DNA of 64,000 nucleotides from Sedimentisphaerales bacterium (GCA_963663965.2 CAXXFK010000028.1:416001-480000), one strand, 5' to 3'; positions 21,666-32,858 are shown, numbered from the stretch's first letter. Program-made: numbers and translations. Notes: generated from the sequence alone by a model not told the origin.

Positions 21666-24617
21666 ATGGGACTGAAAAAAACATTGCAAATCAGAATTGT
21701 TGGAGGAAGCTTATTTTGGGGTATCAATCGAACGTGTTTTTTATGGTTCTGGGCGCTTCATGGAATCCTTCTTATGTGTGTTCCTGTTCACGCGATGTCA
21801 GATCCGGCGTTAGTTCTGGTAAGTGATACGGCCCAGCCAGGATATTTCCCTTTGGTGTCAGGCGATCAATTGGCCCCGCTCTGGTACGATGCGGATGATG
21901 ACAGGGGAGTAATCCGCGCGATCAACGATTTACAGAAGGATATTGAACGTGTAACAGACCGGAAACCGGAACTGACAACTGACCGGCCCGCTGCCGGCGT
22001 TGCGGTTATTATTGGCACGTTAGGCAAGGGTAAGCTGATTGACACGCTGGTAACCGATGGCAGGCTCGATATTAGTCCAATTAAAGGTAAATGGGAGGCT
22101 CATTTGATTGCTGCCGTGGACAATCCATTCCCAGGCATCAGCAAGGGCTTGGTTATTGTTGGCAATGATAAAAGAGGAACCATATATGGTGTCTATACCT
22201 TGTCAGAACAGATCGGCGTCTCACCCTGGTATTGGTGGGCCGATGTTCCGGTAAAAAAACGTGATGCTTTGTATATTCAGTCCGGGCTTTCGGTTTACGG
22301 CCCTCCGGCAGTTCGATTTCGAGGTATTTTTCTGAATGATGAAGCGCCGGCCCTGAGCAATTGGGTTCATGAAAAATTTGGCGGTTTTAATCACGAGTTT
22401 TATACCAAAGTTTTTGAGTTACTCCTGCGTTTGAAGGCTAATTACCTCTGGCCGGCCATGTGGAACAATTCCTTCAATAGCGATGATCCGCTTAATCCCC
22501 AACTGGCCGATGAATATGGTATTGTGATGGGCACATCCCATCATGAGCCCATGATGCGGGCCTGGAAAGAATGGGGACGCTTGCATCCGGGGATGGCCTG
22601 GGATTATTCAAAAAATCCGGAGGTTCTGCGTGAGTTTTGGCGGGAAGGTCTGCAAAGAACCAGGGAGTATGAAAAAGTCATTACCCTGGCGATGCGCGGT
22701 GATGGCGATGAGCCGATGAGCGAGAAGGATAACGTGGCTCTACTGGAAAAAATCGTTACCGATCAGCGCCAGATGATTGAGGAAGTGATTAATAATGAGG
22801 TGACAAAAGTGCCCCAGGTGTGGGCGCTTTATAAGGAGGTCCAGGGGTATTATGAAAGAGGCATGCGGGTCCCGGACGATGTCATACTTCTGTGGTGTGA
22901 TGACAACTGGGGTAATCTTCGCCGGTTGCCAACCGAAACGGAACGGCTGCGCCCGGGCGGTGCTGGTATCTATTATCATTTTGATTATGTCGGCGGACCG
23001 CGGTCTTATCGATGGATCAACACCAATCCCATCCCAAAAATCTGGGAACAGATGAATCTGGCCTGTCATTATGGCGCTGATCAGATCTGGATTGTCAACG
23101 TGGGTGATCTGAAACCAATGGAATTTCCCACGGAATTTTTTCTGACCATGGCCTGGGATCCGAACCGATGGCCCAGGGAATCGTTGAAAGATTATTCCCG
23201 TCATTGGACTGCGCGCGAATTCGGAGCGGAATATTCCGATGATATTGCCGATATTATTGCAAAATACACGAAGTATAATGGACGGTGCAAGCCGGAACTT
23301 CTGGCGCCGGATACTTTCAGTCTTACAAACTATCGGGAAGCGGAAACCGTATTGGATGATTACAAGGCTATCGTCGATAAAGCCGAAAGGATTTATGACG
23401 CACTCTCCACTGAGGCCCGAGACGCCTTTTTTCAACTGGTTTTGCATCCCGCCCAGGCCAGTCGTATCATGACTGAGTTGAATATTACCGTTGGTAAGAA
23501 TCGCCTCTACGCCAGCCAGGGCCGTAGCGAAGCCAACTTAATGGCAAATAAGGTTCGGGAATTATTTGAGGCGGATGCAAAACTGACGGAACGCTATCAT
23601 TCCATGGCGAATGGCAAATGGAACCACATGATGGATCAAACCCATATCGGTTATACCAATTGGAATAATCCACCCAGGAACATAATGCCTAAGGTTACTG
23701 AGATTACCCTGCCGCAACAAGCCGGATTGGGGGTGGCGATTGAAGGGGCTACCCAGTCCTGGCCAGCCAGTTCGGACAATGCGGAACTCCCGCAATTCAA
23801 CAGGTTGGCCCGGAAAAAATATTATATTGAGGTATTCAATAAAGGATCTGATGCGTTTGAATTTACTGCCGATGCCGATAAATCATGGATAACTCTCAGC
23901 AGGACTGAAGCCCGGGTTAGCAACACTTCTGTACGCCTCTGGGTAGATATCGACTGGTCCCAGACACCCTCCGGCCGATCTGAGGGAGTGGTTACAATCA
24001 CCGGGGTCGGTGAGAAAGTGTCGGTCCATATTCACGCATTTAATCCGGATCAATCTGAGCTTCCTCAAAAGAGTTTTGTCGAGACCGATGGGTATGTTTC
24101 TATTGAGCCAGAGCATTATTCCGCCAGAATAGATACCACAGATTGTCACTGGGAGAAAATAGATGATTACGGGCTGTATCGTTCCGCTATGAGTCTTTTT
24201 CCAGTTACCGTCAGAAGTGTGATTCCGGGACCGGGTAGTCCATGCCTTGAATATAATACCTACCTGTTCACTTCAGGGAAAATAGAACTGCTCGTTTATG
24301 TCAGTCCGACTTTAAATTTTATTCCCGGCAGGGGATTGCAGATGGCGGTGTCGTTCGATGCTCAGTCGCCTCAGGTGATTAATGTTGTACCGGCTAACTA
24401 TACTGCCGGAGATGGCAATCGCGATTGGGAGCAGACCGTCATTCATAATGCCCGAATCGTCAAAAGCACTCATAACCTCTCAGAACCCGGCAGTCATATA
24501 CTCAAAATCTGGATGGTTGATCCGGGCATTGTTGTACAGAAACTGGTCATCAATACCGGGGGCCTGCGTCCCAGCCGGTTAGGACCCCCTGAAAGTCCTT
24601 TTTTAACTTTCGAATAA
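21666..24617 (+). CDS. GH115 xylan alpha-1,2-glucuronidase
   Basis: GVSPWYWWADVP, RGIFLNDEAPAL, LRLKANYLWPAMW, GTSHHEPMMRA, WCDDNWGN, GIYYHFDYVGGPR, NVGDLKP. Confidence 0.92.
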   Translation: MGLKKTLQIRIVGGSLFWGINRTCFLWFWALHGILLMCVPVHAMSDPALVLVSDTAQPGYFPLVSGDQLAPLWYDADDDRGVIRAINDLQKDIERVTDRKPELTTDRPAAGVAVIIGTLGKGKLIDTLVTDGRLDISPIKGKWEAHLIAAVDNPFPGISKGLVIVGNDKRGTIYGVYTLSEQIGVSPWYWWADVPVKKRDALYIQSGLSVYGPPAVRFRGIFLNDEAPALSNWVHEKFGGFNHEFYTKVFELLLRLKANYLWPAMWNNSFNSDDPLNPQLADEYGIVMGTSHHEPMMRAWKEWGRLHPGMAWDYSKNPEVLREFWREGLQRTREYEKVITLAMRGDGDEPMSEKDNVALLEKIVTDQRQMIEEVINNEVTKVPQVWALYKEVQGYYERGMRVPDDVILLWCDDNWGNLRRLPTETERLRPGGAGIYYHFDYVGGPRSYRWINTNPIPKIWEQMNLACHYGADQIWIVNVGDLKPMEFPTEFFLTMAWDPNRWPRESLKDYSRHWTAREFGAEYSDDIADIIAKYTKYNGRCKPELLAPDTFSLTNYREAETVLDDYKAIVDKAERIYDALSTEARDAFFQLVLHPAQASRIMTELNITVGKNRLYASQGRSEANLMANKVRELFEADAKLTERYHSMANGKWNHMMDQTHIGYTNWNNPPRNIMPKVTEITLPQQAGLGVAIEGATQSWPASSDNAELPQFNRLARKKYYIEVFNKGSDAFEFTADADKSWITLSRTEARVSNTSVRLWVDIDWSQTPSGRSEGVVTITGVGEKVSVHIHAFNPDQSELPQKSFVETDGYVSIEPEHYSARIDTTDCHWEKIDDYGLYRSAMSLFPVTVRSVIPGPGSPCLEYNTYLFTSGKIELLVYVSPTLNFIPGRGLQMAVSFDAQSPQVINVVPANYTAGDGNRDWEQTVIHNARIVKSTHNLSEPGSHILKIWMVDPGIVVQKLVINTGGLRPSRLGPPESPFLTFE

Positions 24618-24634
24618 CATCGCCAGGTGTCGTT

Positions 24635-27436
24635 ATGCATACCAGAACTCTCTTTCTATCGGATCATCTGAAAAACAGGTGTTTACCTTCCACTGGAAAC
24701 AGCTTTTCCATTAAAAATCCCGTCTCTCTACTGGTTGCTATAGCTTACCTGTTCTATGTTCCTCTTATTTCTGTAACCAAAGCTGAAACATCACCCCGCG
24801 AGCGAATGCTATTTAATTCCGACTGGTATTTCCATAAAGGTGATCCAGATCAGTATTCTGCCTTGCTGGTTTATGATCGGGTTTTCAGCCGGTCAAAAGC
24901 CCGTTCTAAATCAGATAAAACGGATGAGCCCAATAAAATCGTGATAGAGCTGAAACCATGGATTCTCCCCAATGGCAATGCATTTATTAAGGATGCTGAT
25001 AAACATTACTCGCGACCGGAAGGCTCACCCGGGCATGATTGCCCGTTTGTAAAATTAGATTTCGATGACAGCTCTTGGGAAAAAATAGAGTTGCCTCATG
25101 ACTGGGCAATTAAAGGGCCGTTTCTTCAAGGCGAAGGTAACGGTATCGGCGGCGGCATGGGACGTCTGCCCAGTCCGGGAATTGGCTGGTATCGAAAGAA
25201 GTTTTTTGTCCCTGCGGCGGATGCCGGTAAAATGGTTTATCTCGACATCGACGGGGCCATGTCCTATGCCACCGTCTGGATCAATGGCAATCTGGCCGGC
25301 GGTTGGCCCTATGGCTACGCCTCCTGGCGTGTAAATCTCACCCCATATATAGAAATTGACCGGGAGAACCAGCTGGCCATTCGCCTGGACAATCCGCCGG
25401 AATCATCCCGCTGGTATCCCGGTGGAGGGCTCTATCGCAATGTATGGCTGTCAAAAACATCCCCGGTTCATGTTTCGCAATGGGGCACATTTATTCGATC
25501 CAGTGAGGTCACTGCTGAATCTGCCCTGATCGAGCTGGAATTGGAAATTGAAAACAATTCCAGAGCGGATACCCTCATTGAAGCCTCAACGGACGTATTT
25601 GAAACCGATGTCCAGGGCGATCCATCCGGCAAGCCAGTCGCAGTATTTGACCCTGTAACCATCACCGTTAATGCGAACAGAAAAACCAAAACTCCATTTT
25701 CGGCCCGGATCAACAGACCCCGTTTGTGGGGACCGCCGCCCGATCAGAAACCCAATCTTTATTGTGCGCTTACTACCCTGCGCCAGAACAATCAAGTGAT
25801 GGATCGCTACCAAACCCGGTTTGGCATACGAACCTTGGATTTTAACCCCGACAAAGGTCTGTTCGTCAATAATCAACCGGTTTATCTCAGGGGCGTTAAC
25901 CAGCATCACGATCTGGGTTCGCTGGGGGCGGCTTTCAACCTGCGTGCGGCAGAACGGCAACTGGAAGTACTCCGTGAAATGGGTTGTAACGCGATACGAA
26001 TGTCTCATAATCCTCCAGCGCCGGAATTGCTCGACCTGACAGATCGTATGGGATTTCTGGTCGTTGATGAAGTATTCGATGTCTGGGAAAGGAAAAAAAC
26101 AGATTATGATTTTCACCTGATTTTTGCAGACTGGTCGGAGCAGGATCTGCGCGCGATGATCCGGCGCGACCGGAACCATCCTTCCATTATCCTATGGAGT
26201 ATTGGCAACGAAGTCGGCGAACAGTACACTGGCCCACAAGGTGCAGAGGTTGCCCGCAGGCTTCATCATATCGCCAGGCAGGAAGATACCTCCCGGCCAA
26301 CCACCACAGCCATGAATTATGCCAAACCCGATATGCCCTTGCCGGAGGTCGTCGATGTTATTTCTCTGAATTATCAGGGTGAAGGTATCCGAAACGCCCC
26401 GGCATATGCCGGCCTTAAAGGGATCAATACTCCGCCTTTGTATGAAGCGTTTCATGAAGCCTTTCCCCAAAAGCTGATCGTCAGCAGCGAAAATGCCGCC
26501 GCGCTCAGTTCTCGCGGAGTATATACCTTTCCGGTGGACGAAGGAATCAGCGCCCCGATCCGGGATAACTCAGGCGGTGATCCTTCCGCCTGTCAGGTCA
26601 GCGCCTACGAGCTTTATACTGCCGATTTCGGATCTTCGGCGGATAAGGTATTTGCTGCTCAGGATAAATATCCTTTTGTAGCCGGCGGATTCGTCTGGAG
26701 TGGTTGGGATTATCTGGGTGAACCAACCCCATACTATCGAGCGCGCAGTTCCTATTTTGGCATAATTGACCTGGCCGGATTCCCCAAAGGCCGTTTTTAT
26801 CTGTATCAATCCCACTGGCGGCCGGAGTTACCAATGGTTCATATCCTGCCACACTGGAACTGGCCCAAACGCATGGGTCAGATTACGCCAGTCCATGTAT
26901 TTACCTCTGGTGACGAAGCCGAACTGTTCCTGAATGATATATCTCTTGGACGCAAGAAGAAGGAAAAATACCAATATCGTCTTCGCTGGGATGATATTGT
27001 TTATCAACCGGGTACGCTGAAAGTGATCGCATGGAAAAATGGGTCTGAATGGGCTCAGGCGAGTATCCAGACTACGGGTAGTCCTGCCAGTATATGTACA
27101 ATTGCTGACCGGGATGTGGTCCAGGCGGATGGCTGCGATCTTTCCTATCTTTCGGTCGAGGTCCTGGACCAGAACGGCCTGACCGTGCCCAATGCCGACA
27201 ATCTGGTTTATTTTACTATAGAAGGTCCCGGCGAGATTGTTTCAACAGATAATGGTGATCCGACCGATTTTACCTCGTTTGGTTCACCTTCCCGCAAGGC
27301 ATTTAATGGCCGCTGTCTGGCGATTATTCGTGGCTTTTCCGGTCAGAACGGCACCATTATTGTTAAAGCGATGTCTGATTCATTGACTGGTTCCAAAATC
27401 GAAATCCAGAGTAAATCCATAATGGACAGTCAGTAA
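24635..27436 (+). CDS. GH2 glycoside hydrolase (beta-galactosidase-like)
   Basis: LPHDWAI, GIGWYRKKF, SRWYPGGGLYRNV, GVNQHHDLG, NAIRMSHNPP, RDRNHPSIILWSIGNE, GGFVWSGWDYLGEPTP. Confidence 0.9.
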   Translation: MHTRTLFLSDHLKNRCLPSTGNSFSIKNPVSLLVAIAYLFYVPLISVTKAETSPRERMLFNSDWYFHKGDPDQYSALLVYDRVFSRSKARSKSDKTDEPNKIVIELKPWILPNGNAFIKDADKHYSRPEGSPGHDCPFVKLDFDDSSWEKIELPHDWAIKGPFLQGEGNGIGGGMGRLPSPGIGWYRKKFFVPAADAGKMVYLDIDGAMSYATVWINGNLAGGWPYGYASWRVNLTPYIEIDRENQLAIRLDNPPESSRWYPGGGLYRNVWLSKTSPVHVSQWGTFIRSSEVTAESALIELELEIENNSRADTLIEASTDVFETDVQGDPSGKPVAVFDPVTITVNANRKTKTPFSARINRPRLWGPPPDQKPNLYCALTTLRQNNQVMDRYQTRFGIRTLDFNPDKGLFVNNQPVYLRGVNQHHDLGSLGAAFNLRAAERQLEVLREMGCNAIRMSHNPPAPELLDLTDRMGFLVVDEVFDVWERKKTDYDFHLIFADWSEQDLRAMIRRDRNHPSIILWSIGNEVGEQYTGPQGAEVARRLHHIARQEDTSRPTTTAMNYAKPDMPLPEVVDVISLNYQGEGIRNAPAYAGLKGINTPPLYEAFHEAFPQKLIVSSENAAALSSRGVYTFPVDEGISAPIRDNSGGDPSACQVSAYELYTADFGSSADKVFAAQDKYPFVAGGFVWSGWDYLGEPTPYYRARSSYFGIIDLAGFPKGRFYLYQSHWRPELPMVHILPHWNWPKRMGQITPVHVFTSGDEAELFLNDISLGRKKKEKYQYRLRWDDIVYQPGTLKVIAWKNGSEWAQASIQTTGSPASICTIADRDVVQADGCDLSYLSVEVLDQNGLTVPNADNLVYFTIEGPGEIVSTDNGDPTDFTSFGSPSRKAFNGRCLAIIRGFSGQNGTIIVKAMSDSLTGSKIEIQSKSIMDSQ

Positions 27437-27457
27437 AATACCTGAAGAGGATATTCG

Positions 27458-28699
27458 ATGAAAATAATGACAAACAGGACACACGTGATTTTTTCGATAG
27501 TGGCACTCTCTTTATTTTTGATTGCTGCTACCAGCTACGCCCAACAACAAACAATTCAGCCGGAGGATGGTTTGCATTGGGTTGGCACATGGGCCAGTTC
27601 GGCCCAGGAAGTGGAAGCTGACCTGATGCCCGCCGAATTCAAACAATTAAACGATACGACAATACGTCAGGTGGTACGCGTGTCGGGTGGTGGAGAAAAG
27701 ATACGCGTCCGGTTTTCCAATGCTTTTGCCGATTGGCAGGATAACCTGAGAATCAGCCATGCCTGCGTCGCCGTGGCTGGCGAAGGCAGCGCCGTTGAAC
27801 CGGAAACGATTAAACTGCTAACCTTTGCCGGGAATACTGCGGTAACCATTCCCTATGGAACGCTGTTTGTTTCAGATCCGGTTGAATTCAAACTGAAACC
27901 CGGTTCAGATCTGGCGGTAACGATTCATGTTGCAAAGGCCCCGAGAAAAGTCACTGGACATCGCAGTGCCAGAGGCGAATTCGTTTTTATCCAGTCCGGA
28001 AATATCCTATCCGAGAGAGAATTGCCCGCTTCCGCTCCGAACAAATGCTGGTATTATCTTTGTGGTGTGGATGTGCTGGCCCCTCAATCTGCTGGCGCTG
28101 TGGTTTGTCTGGGTGATTCGATTACGGATGGAAAAGGATCAACCGAGGGCCAAAATCGTCGCTGGCCGGATTATCTGGCGCGTCGGTTGCAAGCCAATCC
28201 AGATACGGCCCGGTTCGGCGTGTTGAACCAGGGTATCGGTGGCAATTGCCTCTGGTCCGGCGGGCTCGGCCAGTCGGCGCTTCAGCGCTTGGAACGTGAT
28301 GTTCTTGCCCAGCCGGCCGCCCGCTGGCTGATTGTCCAGGAAGGCATCAATGATCTCGGGGGCGGACGCACCTCTGCCGAGGATATCATTATCTCCTTGC
28401 AGCAGATCATAACCCGGTCACGCTCCTGCGGTATGCGGGTCTACGGATCTACCATCCTTCCCTGTGGCGACTCTTTTTACTTCAGTGCGGAATTGGAAGC
28501 TAAGCGCCAGAAGATCAATGAATGGATTCGGAATAGCGGTTCGTTCGATGCTGTCATTGACTGGGATCAGATGGTCCGTGATCCACAAAATACTGCGAAG
28601 CTGCTTCTTGAGGCGGATTGTGGCGATCATCTCCATCTGAGTGATGAGGGATACCGAATAATGGCCGATGCGGTAGATCTGAAACTGTTCTCAAACTAA
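27458..28699 (+). CDS. Secreted SGNH/GDSL hydrolase (probable acetylesterase)
   Basis: Blocks LGDSITDG, LNQGIGGN, EGINDL, GDHLH; N-terminal WVGTWA..TIRQVV..RVRFSN; signal peptide. Confidence 0.88.
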   Translation: MKIMTNRTHVIFSIVALSLFLIAATSYAQQQTIQPEDGLHWVGTWASSAQEVEADLMPAEFKQLNDTTIRQVVRVSGGGEKIRVRFSNAFADWQDNLRISHACVAVAGEGSAVEPETIKLLTFAGNTAVTIPYGTLFVSDPVEFKLKPGSDLAVTIHVAKAPRKVTGHRSARGEFVFIQSGNILSERELPASAPNKCWYYLCGVDVLAPQSAGAVVCLGDSITDGKGSTEGQNRRWPDYLARRLQANPDTARFGVLNQGIGGNCLWSGGLGQSALQRLERDVLAQPAARWLIVQEGINDLGGGRTSAEDIIISLQQIITRSRSCGMRVYGSTILPCGDSFYFSAELEAKRQKINEWIRNSGSFDAVIDWDQMVRDPQNTAKLLLEADCGDHLHLSDEGYRIMADAVDLKLFSN

Positions 28700-28755
28700 C
28701 AGAATGAAATGAGTTGAATTAGTAAATTGTAATAATCTATTGTAGAGAGATTGAT

Positions 28756-29872
28756 ATGAAAAATTATATCCCATCTTGTTTGATTAGTATATTTATGGTA
28801 TTTAGTTTGGTTGGAAATGTTATAGGTTCAGAAATACCTGAACTGAAGCAGGTATACAAAGACTATTTTCTAGTTGGCGGGGCTTTGAACCGTAATCTTG
28901 TCTATGGCAAAGATCCCAATGCCGCCGAAATTGCCATCACCCAGTTCAATACCGTGACCTCGGAAAATGATATGAAATGGTCATCGATCCATCCCTGGCC
29001 GGATCGATATAACTGGGAACCGGCGGACCGTTTTGTAGATTTCGCATTGCATAACAAAATGGTTCCCATTGGTCATTGTCTGGTCTGGCACAGCCAGGTG
29101 CCCCGCTGGACATTCAGCGACAATTCCGGGAATCCACTTACCCGTGAAACCCTGCTCACCAGGATGAAAGAGCACATTACCTCGGTGGTTGGCCGTTACC
29201 GGGGGGAAAGTGAAGGGTTGGGATGTCGTGAACGAGGCATTAAATGAAGATGGATCCTTGCGCATCAGTCCATGGCTGAGAATCATCGGAGAAGATAAGC
29301 TGGAACAGCAATATGATTATATTGCCAAAGCGTTTGAATACGCTCATCAGGCCGATCCCCAAGCGGAGTTATATTACAATGACTATAGTCTGGAAAGAAG
29401 CAGAAAAAAATGCGATGGCGCCGTTGCGTTGGTAAAATACCTCCAATCAAAAAACATTCGGATTGATGGTGTGGGCATCCAGTTGCATGGCGGATTGGAT
29501 TATCCCGAAAAGGAAACCTTGGAATACTGTATAACAGCTTTGGCTGATACCGGTGTTAAGGTGATGGTTACGGAGCTTGATATCCGGACCCGATCCCGTG
29601 GATATCGGGGTGCGGATATCGGCAGGATCAGCAGGGAGAGCACCTCGGATGCGAATGCAGAATCAGAACAAATCCAGCAACAACTCGCGCAAAAGTACGC
29701 TGAACTGTTTTCCATTTTTGTTAAACATAAGAAAACAATCTCCCGGGTCACGTTTTGGGGTGTCTATGATGCGACTTCATGGATTGGTGGCTCGCCACTG
29801 CTTTTTGATAGAAATTATCAGCCCAAACCGGCTTTCAACGCCGTGGTTAATCTTGTACCAATAGAGCAATAG
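28756..29872 (+). pseudogene. GH10 endo-1,4-beta-xylanase split by a single extra G (pseudogene, phase-variable gene or sequencing error)
   Basis: 5' part: TSENDMKW, GHCLVWHSQVP, VVGRYR; 3' part in +1 frame: KVKGWDVVNEA, LYYNDY, IDGVGIQLH, VMVTELDI, VTFWG; G6 run at 29201-29206, G5 gives a continuous 371-aa protein. Confidence 0.85.
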
Positions 29873-29954
29873 TTGAGTCACAATGGTTTATGTATCTTGC
29901 TATGGAATTGCCGAGTTATTCTTTCTAAAACATCGCTTGCAGGAGTACCTGAAT

Positions 29955-32303
29955 ATGAAGTTAAACAGACAAGTATTTCACAATTATTTTGATTCTAAAA
30001 AATTATATTCAATAGGATCTTTGCCCAAGAAATGGATTTACGGTTGCGTGGTAATAATTCTGATGTCAGTGGGGATAACGTTTGCCTCCGAAGCTCCTGC
30101 GGCGTGGAAGGAAATAGCCAACGCTCGGATTGCCAGGTTGCGTCAACGTGAGGTGCATTTGCGTCTGGAAGACAGTCAGGGCAATCCGTCTGCCGGCGTT
30201 TCGGTGTATCTCCGCCAGAACCGCAAGACGTTTCCTTTTGGATCAGCCATGAGTTGGACCTTGCTGCGTAACGAACGTTATGCTCAATTCTTTAAGGAGC
30301 ACTTCAACTGGGCGGTCTTTGGCAATGAGTCAAAGTGGTATTCCAACGAACGTGACCGGGGTCGGGAAGACTACCGTTCTGCCGACGCTTTGCTGGACTG
30401 GTGTCAAACCAATAACATCCCGGTACGGGGCCATTGTATCTTCTGGGAGCCGGAGAAATGGCAACCCCGTTGGGTCAGGGAACTCTCGGGCGACCCTTTG
30501 CGTCAGGCGGTTGAAAAACGGCTCACGAGTGTCGTGACTCATTTTGATGGCAGGTTTGTCCATTGGGATGTAAACAATGAAATGCTGCATGGATCATTCT
30601 TTAAAGATGGACTGGGTGAGTCGATCTGGCCCTGGATGTTCAAACGAACACATGAATTGGACCCTGAGGCCAGACTCTTCGTAAACGATTTCAATATCCT
30701 TTCAGTGGATCAGGATTTTAAACAAGTGCAAACGGATGAATATATTGCCGGCATTCGCCGCCTGATCGAACAGGGTGCGCCAATTCACGGTATCGGTATC
30801 CAGGGCCACATCTGGTATGAAGATATTCTGGCCAATCCAGGTATCCTGAAAGAACGGCTCGACAAGATTGCGGCTTTGAAGCTGCCGATCTGGATTACCG
30901 AGTTTGATGTGGCCGACGCCAGTGAAACCAGTTGTGCCGATAAACTGGAACTGGTCTATCGTACGGCCTACAGTCATCCGGCCGTAGAAGGAATCATGAT
31001 GTGGGTCTTCTGGGCAGGAGATTCCTGGCGCGGGAAAAATGCAGGATTGGCTCATCAGGACTGGACTCTCAATGAGGCGGGTAAACGGTACGAAGCCCTG
31101 ATGGATGAATGGACTACTGAAATATCCGGAACTACTGATGAAAACGGTATCCTGGCGTTCCGAGGATTCCATGGCGATTATGAGGCGAAGGTTGTTAGTG
31201 CCAATGGTTCTGAAACAGAAGCAAGCTTTTCTGTCGATAAGGGTAAAGAAGTGCAAAAAGTAATCATTCAACTGCAAAGTGCGTCGGCCGGATCCGTTAC
31301 CGGACTCAAATCCAATACGAACTCAAATGAAAATAAAGACTTGAATGTGATACCATTTTCTGCCCCGCTTAAATGGAAATCGTCCAGTATACTTGTCAAT
31401 CCCATTTCTGACGAGACGCATAAGATAGTATCGGTGAAAGATCCGACGATCGTCCGTTACAATGGCCTTTGGCATATTTATGCGACCGCCTACTCCAATT
31501 CCGCCAGAACCTGGAGTATGGTATATCTGAACTTCAAAGACTTCTCTGAAGCCCCCAATGCAAAGCTCCATTATATCGATTTAAATCCGGATTTGCGAGG
31601 TTACCACTGCGCTCCCAATTTATTCTATTTCCGGCCACATAAGAAATGGTATCTGGTTTTCCAGTCTCAACAGCCGCAATATTGTACGACTGACGACCTT
31701 TCTAAGCCGGAAACTTGGACTAAGCCTGAGGATTTCTTTGCAGGGAAACCGAGCGGCGCTCCGCAGCTCTGGATCGATTACTGGGTGATCTGCGACGACA
31801 CGCATGCTTATTTGTATTTTACGGGTGATAATGGCCGTGTGTATCGTAGTCGCACTAAGATTGAGGACTTTCCCAAAGGCATGAGTAATCCGGAAATCTG
31901 CATTGAAGGGCCGCGTAATGACGTCTTCGAAGGCAGTATGACCTATAAAATTAAAGGAATGGATTCCTATCTGACTCTGGTCGAAGCCATTGGACCGGCT
32001 CGGTATTATCGCGCCTGGATAGCTGATAGTCTGGATGGCGATTGGAAGCCAGTTCCCGGGGCCGCTTCATGGGATAATCCTTTCGCCGGGATCAACAATG
32101 TGACCTTTGAAGAGGGTGTGATACCCTGGACCCGTGATATCAGCCATGGCGAGTTGATTCGTGACGGTTATGACGAAACTATGACTATCGATCTCAATAA
32201 TCTCCAACTCCTTTATCAAGGCCGCGATCCGGCGATAAACACTCGCTATGACCAGTTGCCCTATCGACTTGGCTTGCTTACAATAAATCGAATTGGTAAT
32301 TAG
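29955..32303 (+). CDS. Bifunctional GH10 xylanase - GH62 alpha-L-arabinofuranosidase fusion
   Basis: GH10: NESKWY, VRGHCIFW, HWDVNNE, GIGIQGH, IWITEFD; GH62: SVKDPTIV, APNLFYFRP, WIDYWVICD, VFEG, DISHGELIR, LLYQGRDP, LPYRLGLLT; probable ATG 29955 behind AGGAG (ORF track start 29883). Confidence 0.9.
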   Translation: MKLNRQVFHNYFDSKKLYSIGSLPKKWIYGCVVIILMSVGITFASEAPAAWKEIANARIARLRQREVHLRLEDSQGNPSAGVSVYLRQNRKTFPFGSAMSWTLLRNERYAQFFKEHFNWAVFGNESKWYSNERDRGREDYRSADALLDWCQTNNIPVRGHCIFWEPEKWQPRWVRELSGDPLRQAVEKRLTSVVTHFDGRFVHWDVNNEMLHGSFFKDGLGESIWPWMFKRTHELDPEARLFVNDFNILSVDQDFKQVQTDEYIAGIRRLIEQGAPIHGIGIQGHIWYEDILANPGILKERLDKIAALKLPIWITEFDVADASETSCADKLELVYRTAYSHPAVEGIMMWVFWAGDSWRGKNAGLAHQDWTLNEAGKRYEALMDEWTTEISGTTDENGILAFRGFHGDYEAKVVSANGSETEASFSVDKGKEVQKVIIQLQSASAGSVTGLKSNTNSNENKDLNVIPFSAPLKWKSSSILVNPISDETHKIVSVKDPTIVRYNGLWHIYATAYSNSARTWSMVYLNFKDFSEAPNAKLHYIDLNPDLRGYHCAPNLFYFRPHKKWYLVFQSQQPQYCTTDDLSKPETWTKPEDFFAGKPSGAPQLWIDYWVICDDTHAYLYFTGDNGRVYRSRTKIEDFPKGMSNPEICIEGPRNDVFEGSMTYKIKGMDSYLTLVEAIGPARYYRAWIADSLDGDWKPVPGAASWDNPFAGINNVTFEEGVIPWTRDISHGELIRDGYDETMTIDLNNLQLLYQGRDPAINTRYDQLPYRLGLLTINRIGN

Positions 32304-32512
32304 ATCTCTAATTCAACCCAGGGCATTACTGAGGTTATGTTAAATCCAGTATTCAGGCTGGACTGAAGATATGGCTCGTTTGTAACCGCTGGAAATTAAT
32401 AGATATCATCGATGATTGAATAAACTACTTAGTTGTCAAATATGTTTTTTCAGATTAGAACTTAACGTTCGAACAATCTGTTATTGGCAGATACAAAGTG
32501 GTTCAACAAGTA

Positions 32513-32551
32513 AAAAAGCCTTGCAATCCTCTGATTGGCAAGGCTTTACTT
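32513..32551. terminator. Hairpin/terminator immediately 3' of tRNA-Ala
   Basis: AAAAAAGCCTTGC-aatc-ctct-gatt-GGCAAGGCTTT inverted repeat; reads as hairpin plus U-tract on the minus strand. Confidence 0.7.
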
Positions 32552-32555
32552 TCAA

Positions 32556-32628
<73 letters not shown>

Positions 32629-32797
32629 AGTACAGGCGTTAACACCTGTAAAACAAGTATTATATTGTCTTTATCGGAGATATCCAGTCTTTTATTGAAA
32701 AAAACTTATTGGTTGAAAATGGCGAATTTATTTCATAACTAATTGCAAATATATGTGTTACGTATTTTGAACGAAAATTAGAGAATTTTAGGGATGC

Positions 32798-32825
32798 TTG
32801 ACGCAAGTGGATATTTTTCTAAAAT
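32798..32825 (+). promoter_or_regulatory. Putative sigma70 promoter of the cysteine desulfurase-family gene
   Basis: TTGACG-16 nt-TAAAAT. Confidence 0.5.
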
Positions 32826-32858
32826 ACTATGATTCATAAAGTGTTACTGGAGAAGTAT

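Noticed and set aside
29200..29211. GGGAAAG as a programmed -1 frameshift site
   Set aside because: The downstream GH10 half is in the +1 frame, so a -1 slip would not restore it
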